Shown here: positions 23,543 to 36,365 of the stretch, piece after piece | How positions within the stretch are numbered: the first letter of the stretch is position 1 | How the letters are laid out: each line of letters begins with the position of its first letter | Source of the DNA: Octopus bimaculoides | Taxonomy: Eukaryota | Assembly (NCBI RefSeq): GCF_001194135.2 | Contig: NC_069000.1 | Location: 17,546,324-17,598,851, forward strand | Direction of reading: 5' to 3' | DNA: 52,528 nucleotides | Made by a program: the position numbers and the translations under genes | Notes under the pieces: model-generated | Told to the model about the DNA's origin: nothing | What the model saw: only the letters and a program-made list of their open reading frames with translations | Databases searched by the model: none

Positions 23543-23880
23543 GAAGGCTGTTTCCCAGGTTCAGTCCTACGGCGTGGCACCCTGGGCAAGTGCCTTCTAC
23601 TATACCCATGGGCCAACTAAAGCCTTGTGAGTGGATTTGGTAATGGGAAACCGAAAGAAGTTTATCATGTGTGTGTGTGTGTGTATCTGTGTCTGTACCC
23701 CACCACCGCCTGACAATCGGTGTTGATGTGTTTACGTTCCCGTAACCTACCGATTCAGCAAAAGACACTGATAGAATAAGTACCAAGCTTATAAAGAAAA
23801 TAAGTAATGAGGTCGATTCTTCAAGGCGTGCCCCAGCACGGCCGCAGTCTAATGACTGAAACAAGAAAAAGATAAAAAGT
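23543..23880 (+). mobile_element. SINE family A copy
   Basis: Collinear with the other family A copies. Confidence 0.8.
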
Positions 23881-24194
23881 TATAAAAATATAAATTTTAG
23901 ATCGAAATACAACCGTATTTTACCTACTTTGATATGTTGATCAATTATGCTTCCTCTTCGATTCCTCTCGTATTTTCCCGAAATACCTTTTGCTAACAAC
24001 TCCTTTCCCAAGTCCATCTTTTCCGGTTTCACCTCCCATATAATTCATTCTATATCATGTCTCTTTATATATTGCTCTGCGTAAAATCTACCTTTTACAG
24101 CCTCCTCTTTTCGATACTGTTTATCGGCGACAATATTCCATCAACGTATGGCGTTGAATGTGGTAAAATAGTTACATTAGTCATAAAGCAAGAT

Positions 24195-24437
24195 ATTGCG
24201 GAGGAGAGAAAGATCAATAAACACAGGGGCCTGGCCAACCACTATCAGTTTGTGCCGGTTGCCGTCGAGACGTCAGGAGTTCTAGGACCCCGTACTACCG
24301 ATTTCCTCTCAAAAATAGAAATAGCGGCAGTCCGTCGGAAAAGGGAACACCGCGAAGTGGAATGACTGTTGCAGCGAGTGCCGCTGGCCGTTCTTCGCGG
24401 CAACGCCATCACAGTCATTACCGCGGGACTCGGCTGA
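24195..24437 (+). mobile_element. 3' fragment of an RLE-type non-LTR retrotransposon, CRE-clade-like
   Basis: Translation AEERKINKHRGLANHYQFVPVAVETSGVLGPRTTDFLSKI...*LLQRVPLAVLRGNA matches the AE-x-x-K-x-x-KY...F-x-P-x-A-x-ET-x-G...QR-x-S-x-A-x-x-RGNA C-terminus of CRE-like elements. One in-frame stop. Confidence 0.75.
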
Positions 24438-26169
24438 GCACGCCATCTGTTTTGGGGTATTTGACCCATCAACCCTTCCCTCTCCAACTTCTCCAGCTTT
24501 ACTCCACTTCTTTCTTTTCTTTTCTCTCTTTTCTCCCCGTTTCTTTGTATTTAAATGTTATATAAATAGTACTAGGCTTACAAAGAATAAGTCCTGGGGT
24601 CGATTTGTTCGACTAAGAGCGGTGCTNNNNNNNNNNNNNNNNNNNNNNNNNNNNNNNNNNNNNNNNNNNNNNNNNNNNNNNNNNNNNNNNNNNNNNNNNN
24701 NNNNNNNNNNNNNNNNNNNNNNNNNNNNNNNNNNNNNNNNNNNNNNNNNNNNNNNNNNNNNNNNNNNNNNNNNNNNNNNNNNNNNNNNNNNNNNNNNNNN
24801 NNNNNNNNNNNNNNNNNNNNNNNNNNNNNNNNNNNNNNNNNNNNNNNNNNNNNNNNNNNNNNNNNNNNNNNNNNNNNNNNNNNNNNNNNNNNNNNNNNNN
24901 NNNNNNNNNNNNNNNNNNNNNNNNNNNNNNNNNNNNNNNNNNNNNNNNNNNNNNNNNNNNNNNNNNNNNNNNNNNNNNNNNNNNNNNNNNNNNNNNNNNN
25001 NNNNNNNNNNNNNNNNNNNNNNNNNNNNNNNNNNNNNNNNNNNNNNNNNNNNNNNNNNNNNNNNNNNNNNNNNNNNNNNNNNNNNNNNNNNNNNNNNNNN
25101 NNNNNNNNNNNNNNNNNNNNNNNNNNNNNNNNNNNNNNNNNNNNNNNNNNNNNNNNNNNNNNNNNNNNNNNNNNNNNNNNNNNNNNNNNNNNNNNNNNNN
25201 NNNNNNNNNNNNNNNNNNNNNNNNNNNNNNNNNNNNNNNNNNNNNNNNNNNNNNNNNNNNNNNNNNNNNNNNNNNNNNNNNNNNNNNNNNNNNNNNNNNN
25301 NNNNNNNNNNNNNNNNNNNNNNNNNNNNNNNNNNNNNNNNNNNNNNNNNNNNNNNNNNNNNNNNNNNNNNNNNNNNNNNNNNNNNNNNNNNNNNNNNNNN
25401 NNNNNNNNNNNNNNNNNNNNNNNNNNNNNNNNAAGAATCTAAAATCGAAACTGATTTGTGGACACGGTCTCTTCTTTCTTTCCTGCCTTTCTCACACATT
25501 CTCAACTTTCGGCATTTGCCTCACTCACTCTCTCTCTCGCACACAGACACACACACACACACTTTCCTTGCCACTTTCACACTTAATTCATTTGTCTGAC
25601 TGTGTCACTCATCTCTCCCATCCCTCATCCCCCACTCTTCCCACTCTCTTTCTCTCTCTATCTCTATCCATCTATCTATCTGTATCTCCTTCCTTTTTCC
25701 TTTCTTCCCAAAACTACATCAATTCCTACAAAACATACCAAAGTATTTTTAATTATGTTTGTCTACAATACATTTCATATTCTAGTCTTAGCTTCAGGCT
25801 TAAAATATCTGCCAGATGTAAGACTAAGTATAAAAATATATATTATAAAATATTCGCACAATCTTTCCTTATACCCTCCTTATATTCTCCTCCCTTATTA
25901 CAAAACGATCTCCTTCGCTCATTCTCGGTAGACTTCTTCATCTCTTTCTCTATAATATAATCCGACCCTGTCTGATATTTCAGTCGCTCCTTCTTTTCTT
26001 CCCAACTTCTCTCTCGTCCAACACTTTCTCTCCAACTTTTAATCTCTTTCCTATCTTTATACGTTGTGCTTGACACGCTTTGTTCATTCTCATACTTCAC
26101 AAATTACAGTCAACACCTACGTAGCGATTGATATAAATCACGTGGTATGACATGTATAATATAATAATC

Positions 26170-26368
26170 CTTTCAAATATAGGCACAAGGCCTGAAATTT
26201 GGGGGAGGGGGATAGTCGATTACATCGACCTCAGTGTTTCACCAGTACTTAATTTATCGATCCCGAAAGGATTATAGGCAAAAATCGACCTTGGCGGAAA
26301 TTGAACTCAGAACGTAGCGACAGGCGAAATACCACAAAGCATTTCGTCCAGCATGCTAACGATTCTTA
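26170..26368 (-). mobile_element. SINE family B copy, well preserved
   Basis: Clear head, core and ...ggccttgtgcctatatttgaa tail on the minus strand. Confidence 0.85.
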
Positions 26369-27887
26369 GACCACCAACTCGAGGAAAAGTTCTAGGGCTT
26401 AAGACGTCGCATACGGCGTATCTTGTGTATTTTCAGGCCCGACCAACTCCATCCTCCCGCTGGTCAGATCACACCGTATTTATTTCAGAAAGGGAAACTC
26501 AAGAGAAAAGTAGAAGGAGAGAATGNNNNNNNNNNNNNNNNNNNNNNNNNNNNNNNNNNNNNNNNNNNNNNNNNNNNNNNNNNNNNNNNNNNNNNNNNNN
26601 NNNNNNNNNNNNNNNNNNNNNNNNNNNNNNNNNNNNNNNNNNNNNNNNNNNNNNNNNNNNNNNNNNNNNNNNNNNNNNNNNNNNNNNNNNNNNNNNNNNN
26701 NNNNNNNNNNNNNNNNNNNNNNNNNNNNNNNNNNNNNNNNNNNNNNNNNNNNNNNNNNNNNNNNNNNNNNNNNNNNNNNNNNNNNNNNNNNNNNNNNNNN
26801 NNNNNNNNNNNNNNNNNNNNNNNNNNNNNNNNNNNNNNNNNNNNNNNNNNNNNNNNNNNNNNNNNNNNNNNNNNNNNNNNNNNNNNNNNNNNNNNNNNNN
26901 NNNNNNNNNNNNNNNNNNNNNNNNNNNNNNNNNNNNNNNNNNNNNNNNNNNNNNNNNNNNNNNNNNNNNNNNNNNNNNNNNNNNNNNNNNNNNNNNNNNN
27001 NNNNNNNNNNNNNNNNNNNNNNNNNNNNNNNNNNNNNNNNNNNNNNNNNNNNNNNNNNNNNNNNNNNNNNNNNNNNNNNNNNNNNNNNNNNNNNNNNNNN
27101 NNNNNNNNNNNNNNNGGTATTGTATCAGTCATGCAGTTATGCTGGGATATCGCCTTGAAGAATGTTAGTCGACTGAATCGACCCCAGTACGTTTTTAAAG
27201 TCCGGTGCTTATTCTATCGGGTCTCTATTGTCGAACCGCTAGTTTACAGGAACATAAAAATACCAACACCAATTGTCAAGAGATGCTGGGACACACACAC
27301 ATACACATACATTACAAAGCCCCATTAGGGTTTAAATAAGAATGCAAACTCATTCTTTCAATACTATTGGTGTGCAGCAAAAGAGAAGAGAAAGTATCCT
27401 AACGGAATGCGTCACGATTTGTAAACCGCTCCTCAGAGAAAAGCGAATCTGGCTTCCTTCCAAAATCAATTTCATAATTCAGTTTCTGTACAAAACAGTC
27501 ATGAATTAGGCTAGAGTCGTTTTGGCTAGACTAATTTGCATATTTACCGCTTTCGACTGCTCGTCATTAATTAATATTTATGCACAACGCAGCGTAAGTC
27601 AGAACTGAAATAAATTTAGATATTACAAAGTCTCACTGTGAGTTAAATGAGAATATAAACATTCTTCGTATGCTATTGATGTAAAGGCAGGAAAAATGAG
27701 GGAGTTTCCTTGCAGACTATTCCATGATTTGTTGAACGATTCTCTGAGAAAACTTTATGTAGTAAACTGGCCTATGATTAAGGAAGGAAGGCGAGTAGTA
27801 CGAAACTAATGTTAACTGCGGATGCAAATGAGGGGACACCAAAGCACCTTCTTTAAGGAGTGCATACATACCCAATTATGCCAGTTT

Positions 27888-27935
<48 letters not shown>

Positions 27936-28431
27936 NNNNNNNNNNNNNNNNNNNNNNNNNNNNNNNNNNNNNNNNNNNNNNNNNNNNNNNNNNNNNNNNN
28001 NNNNNNNNNNNNNNNNNNNNNNNNNNNNNNNNNNNNNNNNNNNNNNNNNNNNNNNNNNNNNNNNNNNNNNNNNNNNNNNNNNNNNNNNNNNNNNNNNNNN
28101 NNNNNNNNNNNNNNNNNNNNNNNNNNNNNNNNNNNNNNNNNNNNNNNNNNNNNNNNNNNNNNNNNNNNNNNNNNNNNNNNNNNNNNNNNNNNNNNNNNNN
28201 NNNNNNNNNNNNNNNNNNNNNNNNNNNNNNNNNNNNNNNNNNNNNNNNNNNNNNNNNNNNNNNNNNNNNNNNNNNNNNNNNNNNNNNNNNNNNNNNNNNN
28301 NNNNNNNNNNNNNNNNNNNNNNNNNNNNNNNNNNNNNNNNNNNNNNNNNNNNNNNNNNNNNNNNNNNNNNNNNNNNNNNNNNNNNNNNNNNNNNNNNNNN
28401 NNNNNNNNNNNNNNNNTTTTTTTTTTTTTTT

Positions 28432-28735
28432 TTTAATGTTTCGAGAGATGTAATCTTTAAAATCATGTTGACATCCCAAAACCAAAGTGAAACCAGCTCT
28501 TGAAATCATAACTCTGGACAAAAGACAAATCTCACAGAGAGGAACTACAGAATAGCAAAACGTATTGCAACTAGAAATCATTCGAGCAAAAGTAACAGCA
28601 GAGCTAAGCCACCACCTTGCTAACTCTTTATCAACCAAAACCAAAACCGTTCGTCGTGAGGTCCGTAAAGCCACGAGAAGGCTGCAATTGCTGAACTTCT
28701 CCTGTTCCCCATCAACATAAAAAATTGTGCCTGGA
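28432..28735 (+). mobile_element. Decayed Tc1-family transposase, N-terminal HTH region
   Basis: FNVSR..KIM...HNSGQKTNLTER..KRI...AKVTAELSHHLANSLSTKTVRREVRKA..AAIA, with stops and frameshifts. Confidence 0.8.
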
Positions 28736-29689
28736 TTATTGGTCTATGACTCAACGGCATAATGTCTTCGAGGAACGGCTCAAAATTTCCCTAACAAGTG
28801 TTCGGAACCTGTACAGGTCAATTCCCCGATCTATTAAAGTTGTGACTGATTCAAAACGTGGACTAATTCCTTATTAAAAATTATAAATTTCATTTAACAA
28901 GGAATTTTCATTATTTTGACCAATCCTTGTATGTACGTACGAATATATTTTTATATGTATATTTGTGTGTATGTATGTATGTATGTCTCTAGGTACGTAG
29001 CTGTGTGTGTGTATGCATGTATGTATTTATGCACATAATTGTTAAATATACCTACTAAGTAAGAATTTGGTATTACTAAACTATTAATAGATTTATAATA
29101 GGCGGATATTTCAAACATACTTAGAGACAATATATAAATATATAGCGAAGGACGTCTCCAAACGTTCAAAAAGCACGCCCCCAGGAGAAAACAGAAAAAT
29201 GCCATTAGTAACAACTATTTATGAAAATGACAATAAATTAGACAAATAAACAAATAATACGCAAAGACGGAAAGAGAGAGAGAGAGAGATACAGACAGAC
29301 AGAGACAGAGACAAACAAACAGAAACAGAGAGAAAGAGAGAAAGAAAGAGAAGAAAAACAAAGTTAATCTGAGAGTGAGACAATACCCACGAGTTCAAAA
29401 TTCAAAAGCAACAGTACATACAGTAAGACGCATAGGTCCAAAGCAATTGCAGCACAGAAGACTTATTTAGCCTTTCACAAACACACAAACTGTTAACTCA
29501 ACACAACCAGTTATGTAGTAGTGTCAGAGAGTGCGATGAAAATTTCGACACTACGTAATAAATGATTTACGGTAAGGTTAACAGTTCATGTATGTTTTTG
29601 GATGGTTAAAATGAGTCTTTCACGCTGTAATTGCCTCAGTTTCAACACACGGCCTTAGATGAAACCATTTACTAGTTATATACTAGTTA

Positions 29690-29841
29690 TATAGCTGGGG
29701 GCGGTAGGGGCGGTCCACCCCGGGTGGCACTTTTAAAGGGGCACCACTTTGGGGTCTGCTGTAGGCAATGTGTTTTTGTGGGGTCCGAGGGTTCGGCAAA
29801 TGGAAGGGTCGTCCCGGGCGGCACACACTCTAGCTACGCTG
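29690..29841. mobile_element. Degenerate GC-rich MITE-like element
   Basis: GC island with ends tagctggggg... and ...tctagctacgc and internal cccggg..ggcac repeats. TIRs are only partly preserved and there is no clear TSD. Confidence 0.35.
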
Positions 29842-32040
29842 GTGGATATATACAACCTGGTACCACGGGTCCAAAATTCACTCCCATACAAAATAATTTA
29901 CTGTAACATTGACTCATGAGGTAAAACGCCTCCTATAGGCTTTTTGCCCGAACAACGGGGTAAGAAGCCCATTCGTTGATCTTTGTTTTTCTGTTTCTTT
30001 TATTTATTTATTATTTTTTTTTTAGTTAGAGAAGTTTCACAATCAAAACTACATGTTTTTAATTAGGCACGACTTTTTGCATACGTTACAATGAAAAGTT
30101 TCGTTTTGATATGTTTCGAGCTGGTTATGAGATATTTTCCTTAAGGGAGAGCTTTTTATCCCAGTCAACTCTACAATATGCATACATAAAATATTTGAGA
30201 AATATGTTAAGGGAAAAATAAGAATCGTAGTGTCGTAGTAGAGTACGTTCTTACCACGAAAGATGTCGACTGCTGTGTGGGGGGTAATGGAGTTGGAATG
30301 AAAGTTACTGGGATGATGAAGGGACACTATCTTTTATCTTTAGTTCATCGTCATCAACATCTGCTGGCGGGGGCGAAGAACTTATCCAAAGCTGTTTGAT
30401 GTTTATAGCGTCATATCTTTAGTACAGGTCATTGTGGAAACTAAGCTCGTTGTAAATTCATCTTGTAATTTTTATGTTAGGTTCACAATTAGGGTCGTTA
30501 TCAGCAAAATTTGAAGAACTTCTACATAATATTCTTCCTTGCTGTCAATTTAAGTGGAGTTATTGGACTTTCCGCATGAGTACAACTTGGGGGACATGAG
30601 ATAGTGGATCTTTGTTGTATGCAGGAAGAGGAAGAACACGACTAGAACATGACCTTTTACCCTAGAATTAGGGGTACTCTCTACACAAGGTAAGAATTTC
30701 ATCACCTTTAGTAGAGCTAGGATCAGGTGCAACAGCAGTTCTTCTCTTAGTGCAGCATAGCAAAATCCTGCCACAACATCTTATATTAGACAAGGAGTTG
30801 ACCAGACGTCAACTCCGAATGGCATTATTTCCATGAGTTGATAACAGTGTCTTATTAAAAACTAGCACAAATAAAACACAACACACAAAGAGGAAAAGGA
30901 CGAAGAAAGAAAACGAAAAAAAAACCAAGGATAAAGTATGAAAAATGTAAGTGAAGACACAGATTCAGTAAACTGATGATATTAACTGAAATAATAAAGA
31001 GAAGACAGATAATGAAACAACATCATAGATACGTGAATGACCAGAAGCCGATTTGAACAACTTACTCGAAGCCAATTCGAGTCAGAAATGAATTTACGAT
31101 CAAAAATTCGTCAATTTGTAATTTTAGTATTATTACGTCATAACCACTTCATGAATTTAGATTTTTATTTATAACCGAGAAAAATCTTCAATTTTTATCT
31201 AGTTTTATGACGTCATAATCACGTAATCTATATTTTCGGGAGAATTGTTATTGTGTGGGTAGGAGTTAGTTACAGTCATTTATGTTCTGAGTTTAAATCC
31301 TGCCGAAGCTGACTTTGTCTTTCATTTTTCCGAAGGTCGACAACAATTTTGTCATTTGTTCCCCTTGCAAGTTTGAGGTCATCTATGCGTCGATTTTAGA
31401 ATTAAACGATGCTGATATTTGAACTAGCAGAATCGTTACCGCACCAGAAAAAATGCTTAGCGGCGCTTCTTCCAACTTTACTTTCTGAGTTCAAATGCTA
31501 TCGAGACATCGATATAATAAGTACCCGTTGGACACTGGAGTCGATGTAATCCGGTCTCCTGAAATTGCTGGCCTTGTGCCAAAATTTGAAATTAAACTTG
31601 AAACCAATATAGAAATATTTCTCTACTATTGTTTGCTGCGCTCTCCTCATAGATTACCGACATTCAAAGTTATTCCCACTGACCATGAGCAGGAGTAGTG
31701 GGGGATCATCATAGCCATGTGGTGAGAGGGATTCTTCAGGGTTTGAATAAATGTAACAAAAGCAAAGTTTGAAGGAAATATTAACCATTTTTCATACTTT
31801 CTAGGAATAAGCAGATAGGAAATAACAACTGCTACTCAAAGACAAAAATCGTATAACACATTATTATCAACCAATTAGGCAGAAATATATTCAGCAGGAT
31901 TTTTCGCTGTTTTTTTTTTTTGTTTTTTTTTTCTTGTTTTCACTTCTGAATTGTGATAAGAAGTTTGTCGTCAATTCAACAGTATTGAAATGCTTTAACT
32001 TTTCATACTTTCAGAGTCGATAAAATAAGTACCAGTTGAA

Positions 32041-32416
32041 CACTGAGGTCGATTTAATCGCCTATCCGCCTCCCCAAAATCGATGGCCCTGTGCCAAGAT
32101 TATAATATATGCTTGTTATAACTTTGACAAGCACAAATTTACTCTTATTTAGTCATTGAAAAGGATGTATTTCTCACTTGTTCAAATTACATACTCCACC
32201 CCTTAATAAAACANNNNNNNNNNNNNNNNNNNNNNNNNNNNNNCACTGAGGTCGATTTAATCGCCTATCCGCCTCCCCAAAATCGATGGCCCTGTGCCAA
32301 GATTATAATATATGCTTGTTATAACTTTGACAAGCACAAATTTACTCTTATTTAGTCATTGAAAAGGATGTATTTCTCACTTGTTCAAATTACATACTCC
32401 ACCCCTTAATAAAACA
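32041..32416. other. Assembly artefact: 173-bp exact duplicate (32041-32213 = 32244-32416) around a 30-N gap
   Basis: Identical sequence on both sides of the gap, typical of an overlapping contig join. Confidence 0.9.
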
Positions 32417-32473
32417 GTCTTCTGATATTTCGTCAGTTGTTTACTTGTCCGCTTGATGTCATATTCAAATCTA

Positions 32474-32997
32474 CGAGGGTGAGTCAAAAAAGTAATGCCA
32501 TTTTCTTTAGGACATGTATAATTACCTACACAGGAACATGAAGCTAGTCCTCTGTGGATCACATCACTACTTCTCAATAGCAATGTTCCACCTTCGAATG
32601 AGAGCATGTATCCCTGCCCCGTAAAATTCTGTTGACTGTTCTTTGAGCCACTTCCTCACTACAGTTTTCACTTCCTCGTCAGTGGAATAATGTTTGCCTC
32701 TCAAATCCTCTTTCGTGGTGCCGAAGAGATGATAGTCTGAAGGCGCTAAATCTGGTGAGTGTGGAGGTAGTGAAGAAGTGGCTCAAAGAACAGTCAACAG
32801 AATTTTACGGGGCAGGGATACATGCTCTCATTCGAAGGTGGAACTTTGCTTTTGATAGAAACGGTGGAACACTGCTATTGAGAAGTAGTGGTGTGATCCA
32901 CAGAGGACCAGCTTCATTTTGATGTATGATACATATTCTTGTGTTGGTAATTATACCTGTCCTAAACAAAATGGCATTACTTTTTGACTCACCCTCG
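32474..32997. mobile_element. Mariner-derived fold-back element with about 190-230-bp inverted arms, both derived from the transposase 3' end
   Basis: TA TSDs at 32472-32473 and 32998-32999; termini CGAGGGTGAGTCAAAAAAGTAATGCC / GGCATTACTTTTTGACTCACCCTCG. The minus strand encodes HSPDLAPSDYHLFGTTKEDLRGKHYSTDEEVKTVVRKWLKEQSTEFYGAGIHALIRRWN; the plus-strand right arm encodes VKKWLKEQSTEFYGAGIHALIRRWN. Confidence 0.92.
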
Positions 32998-35900
32998 TAT
33001 ATCCATTTTCTTCATCTTTTTCTTTCAACGTTGATAACACGTACATCCTGAAATTTTAGCTCAGCGCTTTGTTTTCAGACTTTTTTTCATTTTCACTTCG
33101 TGGTTTTGCTTACATAAGGAATTATAACAGAATAGTTTGGGGCGTTGAATAATAGCAAGACTCACTACAGTATTTCTAAATGTTAATCACCAAACTGTAC
33201 TGTAAATAAAAGGACCAGTTTTTTTTTTTCTATAACTATACATCAAATTTTGGACACAGTCGTCACTGATATATTTCTCTCCTTACACATATATTCTGAA
33301 ATTTTATTTTTCTCTTTAATAATTGAAGATTGAGTAAAACTGTTTAAATTGAAATCCTTGTTCATTGAAGCTTCAGATTCGCTAGTGTCTTCTGAATCAA
33401 TAATATTATATTAGTTTTATGAGGCATACGCTTATTCATATTCGAATCAACATTACATGTGTGTGTGTCTGTATTTGTGTTCCACCACCACTTTCGTATT
33501 GTACTCATTTTAGTGTGGGTTAATATTTTACAAAATGTCTCAGAAACTGAAAGGTTCTTTGAAGCTATTCTATTTTTGAATCATGGCGCCGTGTGAAGAA
33601 AATTGTCATGACAACGGTTTGTTTACTAACAAGAGAATTTTTTTCCACGCTTCCCAGTAGATTTTGTGCAATAGAAATAATATTACGCGTGGGCAGAAGA
33701 CTTCTTTTCCTCGTTCATTTACTTTTTGGTTAATTTTTGAAGCTCAAAACACTAAAAGGGTCTTCAAAAGCTATGTTTGAATAATAGCGCCAGTTAGAGA
33801 GAAGTACCATGGCGTTGATTTATTTGCTAACATATTGAGAGGAAATCTTCACGAAAACCGTATTTCCCTGTGGATTTTGATCTATAAGGATAATATTCCA
33901 CGTGCAGTGATGATTTTTCCGTTTATTAATCTTCAGTTAAAGTGATACATGGTTCGGAATATTTTTGAATGATCTTCGTCTTGTATTTTTTACATGTTTC
34001 AGCCAGCAGACTGCGACCATGCATAGAGTGAGAGAGAGAGAGAGAGAGAGAGAAGATATGTATATCTGTCTATATCTGCAATGTTGGTTAAAAATTCTGT
34101 ATATATATATATATTGTAGTATATAGTATAGTAACTATAGATAGATATGTCACACCATAGTCTAGTGATATAATACTCTACTGATACCATAATCCAGTGC
34201 ATCTTGTCTCATGGTCGGGTGGTCAGCGACTAAACCGTCAACCACCCTATTCGAGAAATCAACAATTAACCAAGTTTGGAGAAGAGATTGGCGCTACACG
34301 ATTTCATGTCTAATGAAAGACTGCTTTCAGACGCAGTGAATTTAGATTGTATCTCTTGCTATGCTAGTGTTAGTGCAATTAAGCTAATGAGAAGTTGTGC
34401 AAAAATAATTAAATAAGAAAGTAATTATGTGGCAAGGAGGAAACGATAGTACTCATTGACTAATATCATTTTAATTTTTCGGTGTCAACTCTTAGATATA
34501 TGTCGGTGTTATTTTGACCTCAAAAAATGGCGAGCTGGCAGAACCGTTAAACCACTAGACCAAATGCTTAGCGACATTTCTTGCAGCTCCTTACATTCTG
34601 ACCCCAAATCCCGCTGAGGCGATCTTTGCCTTTCATATTCTCGGGATCGATGAAATAAAGTAACAGTCAAGTCCTGGGTCAATGTGGTCAACTATTTCCC
34701 TTTCTGGCACCTTTGCGTTTTCTATAGCTCCCGGATGACCAATGCCTTCTGAGTGGATTTGGTAAACAGAAACTGAAAGAAGCCCATCGAGTGTATATGT
34801 CTTATGTATGTATGTATGTATGCATGTATGTGAGCATGGGCAAATGTCTTTTACCATAGCTCCTAGCTGACCAAAGCCTTGTGAGTAGATTTGTGAGTAG
34901 ATTTGGAAACTGAAAAAAGACTGGCTTGTGTGCATGTTTGTGTGTATATTTATTGTCACTCACCACCGCTTGACAACCGGTGTTGGTTAGTTTGCGTCCC
35001 CGTAACTTAGCGGTTCGACAACCAGTAGAATAAGCACCATGGTTTAAAAAATTAATACTATTATAGATTTGTAAAGCTATACGCAAACAAACTAGTGGAG
35101 ACGAGAATACATTTATCAAAGGTTTATTACTTTACGTACATCAGGGCTTAAGTCGTCAGTTATTTCAGTTTAGTTCACTCAGATTCGTTTCACACTCACT
35201 GTTGACATTCTTTTGTTTTCCTTCTCCTACCGGAAGTCCCTTTTGTTTTTCTGCTGACCAACTTCCTAGCTAGCCCGCAGCGAAGTTTCTGTCTACAGTT
35301 CGTCTGTCACGAATCCTGCTCTACACTAGGATCAATTTGTTCGACTAACTCCTTGGCTGCAGTTCAATGGCAGAAACAAATAGAAAAGAAAATAAAGAAG
35401 TACTAAATCTAGAATACATTATTGAAAGAATCATGCTCATTTATTATAACGTTAATGTGTGGCTTGAGAAAGATTTGGTTGCTATTTTAGCAGGTCGAAC
35501 GATCACGTACATCTTCCACCTTTTATTAACTCGAGATTACGTATGCTGAATTGAACAGTAACTGTCATAGTCCCCATTTGTGTTATTCTTCGTCTACATA
35601 TTTATAGATAATGAATATGTTATACAGAGTGAAGATAGAGATACACTGTCATATTTGTAATTAAATTCGTTTTACGTTTATGATAATATATATATATATT
35701 GCAGAATAAATTGTATGTATCTGCCAACAGCAGCTGTAGAAGATATATAGAAGACAAAAGTTGTGTTGTGAATTATGAGTGGGTAGTACCTTGTGTGTGT
35801 GTGTGTGTGTGTGTGTNNNNNNNNNNNNNNNNNNNNNNNNNNNNNNNNNNNNNNNNNNNNNNNNNNNNNNNNNNNNNNNNNNNNNNNNNNNNNNNNNNNN

Positions 35901-36045
35901 NGTGTGTGGATGTAGGGGTGTAAGTGTGCGTGTATGCAAATATAATTAGATGTGTATGTAGAGTTGTGCTGGGAATTGAGTGTGGGTAGTAACCTCTGTG
36001 TGGGTATCTGTGTACAAATATAATTAGATGTATACACACGCGCGC

Positions 36046-36365
36046 GCAAGTGTCTTCTACTATAGCCTCAGGCCGACCAAAGTCTTGTGAGTGGATTTGG
36101 TAGACGGAAACTGAAAGAAGCCCGTCGTGTGTGTGTGTGTATATATATGTTTGTATGTTTGTGTTTGTTCCCCCCACCATCGCTTGATAAACCGATGCTG
36201 GTATGTATACGTCCCCGTAACTTTTAGTGGTTCGGCAAAGGAGACCGATAGAATAAGTACTAAGCTTATAAAGAGTAAGTCCTGGGGTCGATTTGTTCGA
36301 CCAAAGGCGGTGCTCCAGCATGGCCGCAGTCAAATGACTGAAGCATATAAAAACAATAAGAGAAT
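36046..36365 (+). mobile_element. 5'-truncated SINE family A copy
   Basis: Near-consensus body and tail. Confidence 0.85.

Noticed and set aside
24558-25599. ORFs over 300 aa in the supplied track (also at 5.3, 26.4, 27.8, 39.3 and 47.7 kb)
   Set aside because: They consist of X residues from N gaps plus microsatellite translations.
30625-30689. Plus-strand AG...GTAAGA bounded segment
   Set aside because: Stops in all three frames and no linked exons.
32214-32243. Apparent 173-bp direct repeat that could be read as LTRs or a tandem duplication
   Set aside because: An exact duplicate flanking an N gap; scaffolding overlap artefact.
32377-33050. Removing the mariner MITE restores a 47-codon minus-strand ORF (MYVLSTLKEKDEENGYRFEYDIKRTSK...)
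   Set aside because: The length is within chance expectation, the acceptor is weak and there is no recognisable homology.
33602-33615. RFX X-box-like palindrome ATTGTCATGACAAC
   Set aside because: A single mismatched motif with no identifiable gene start nearby.
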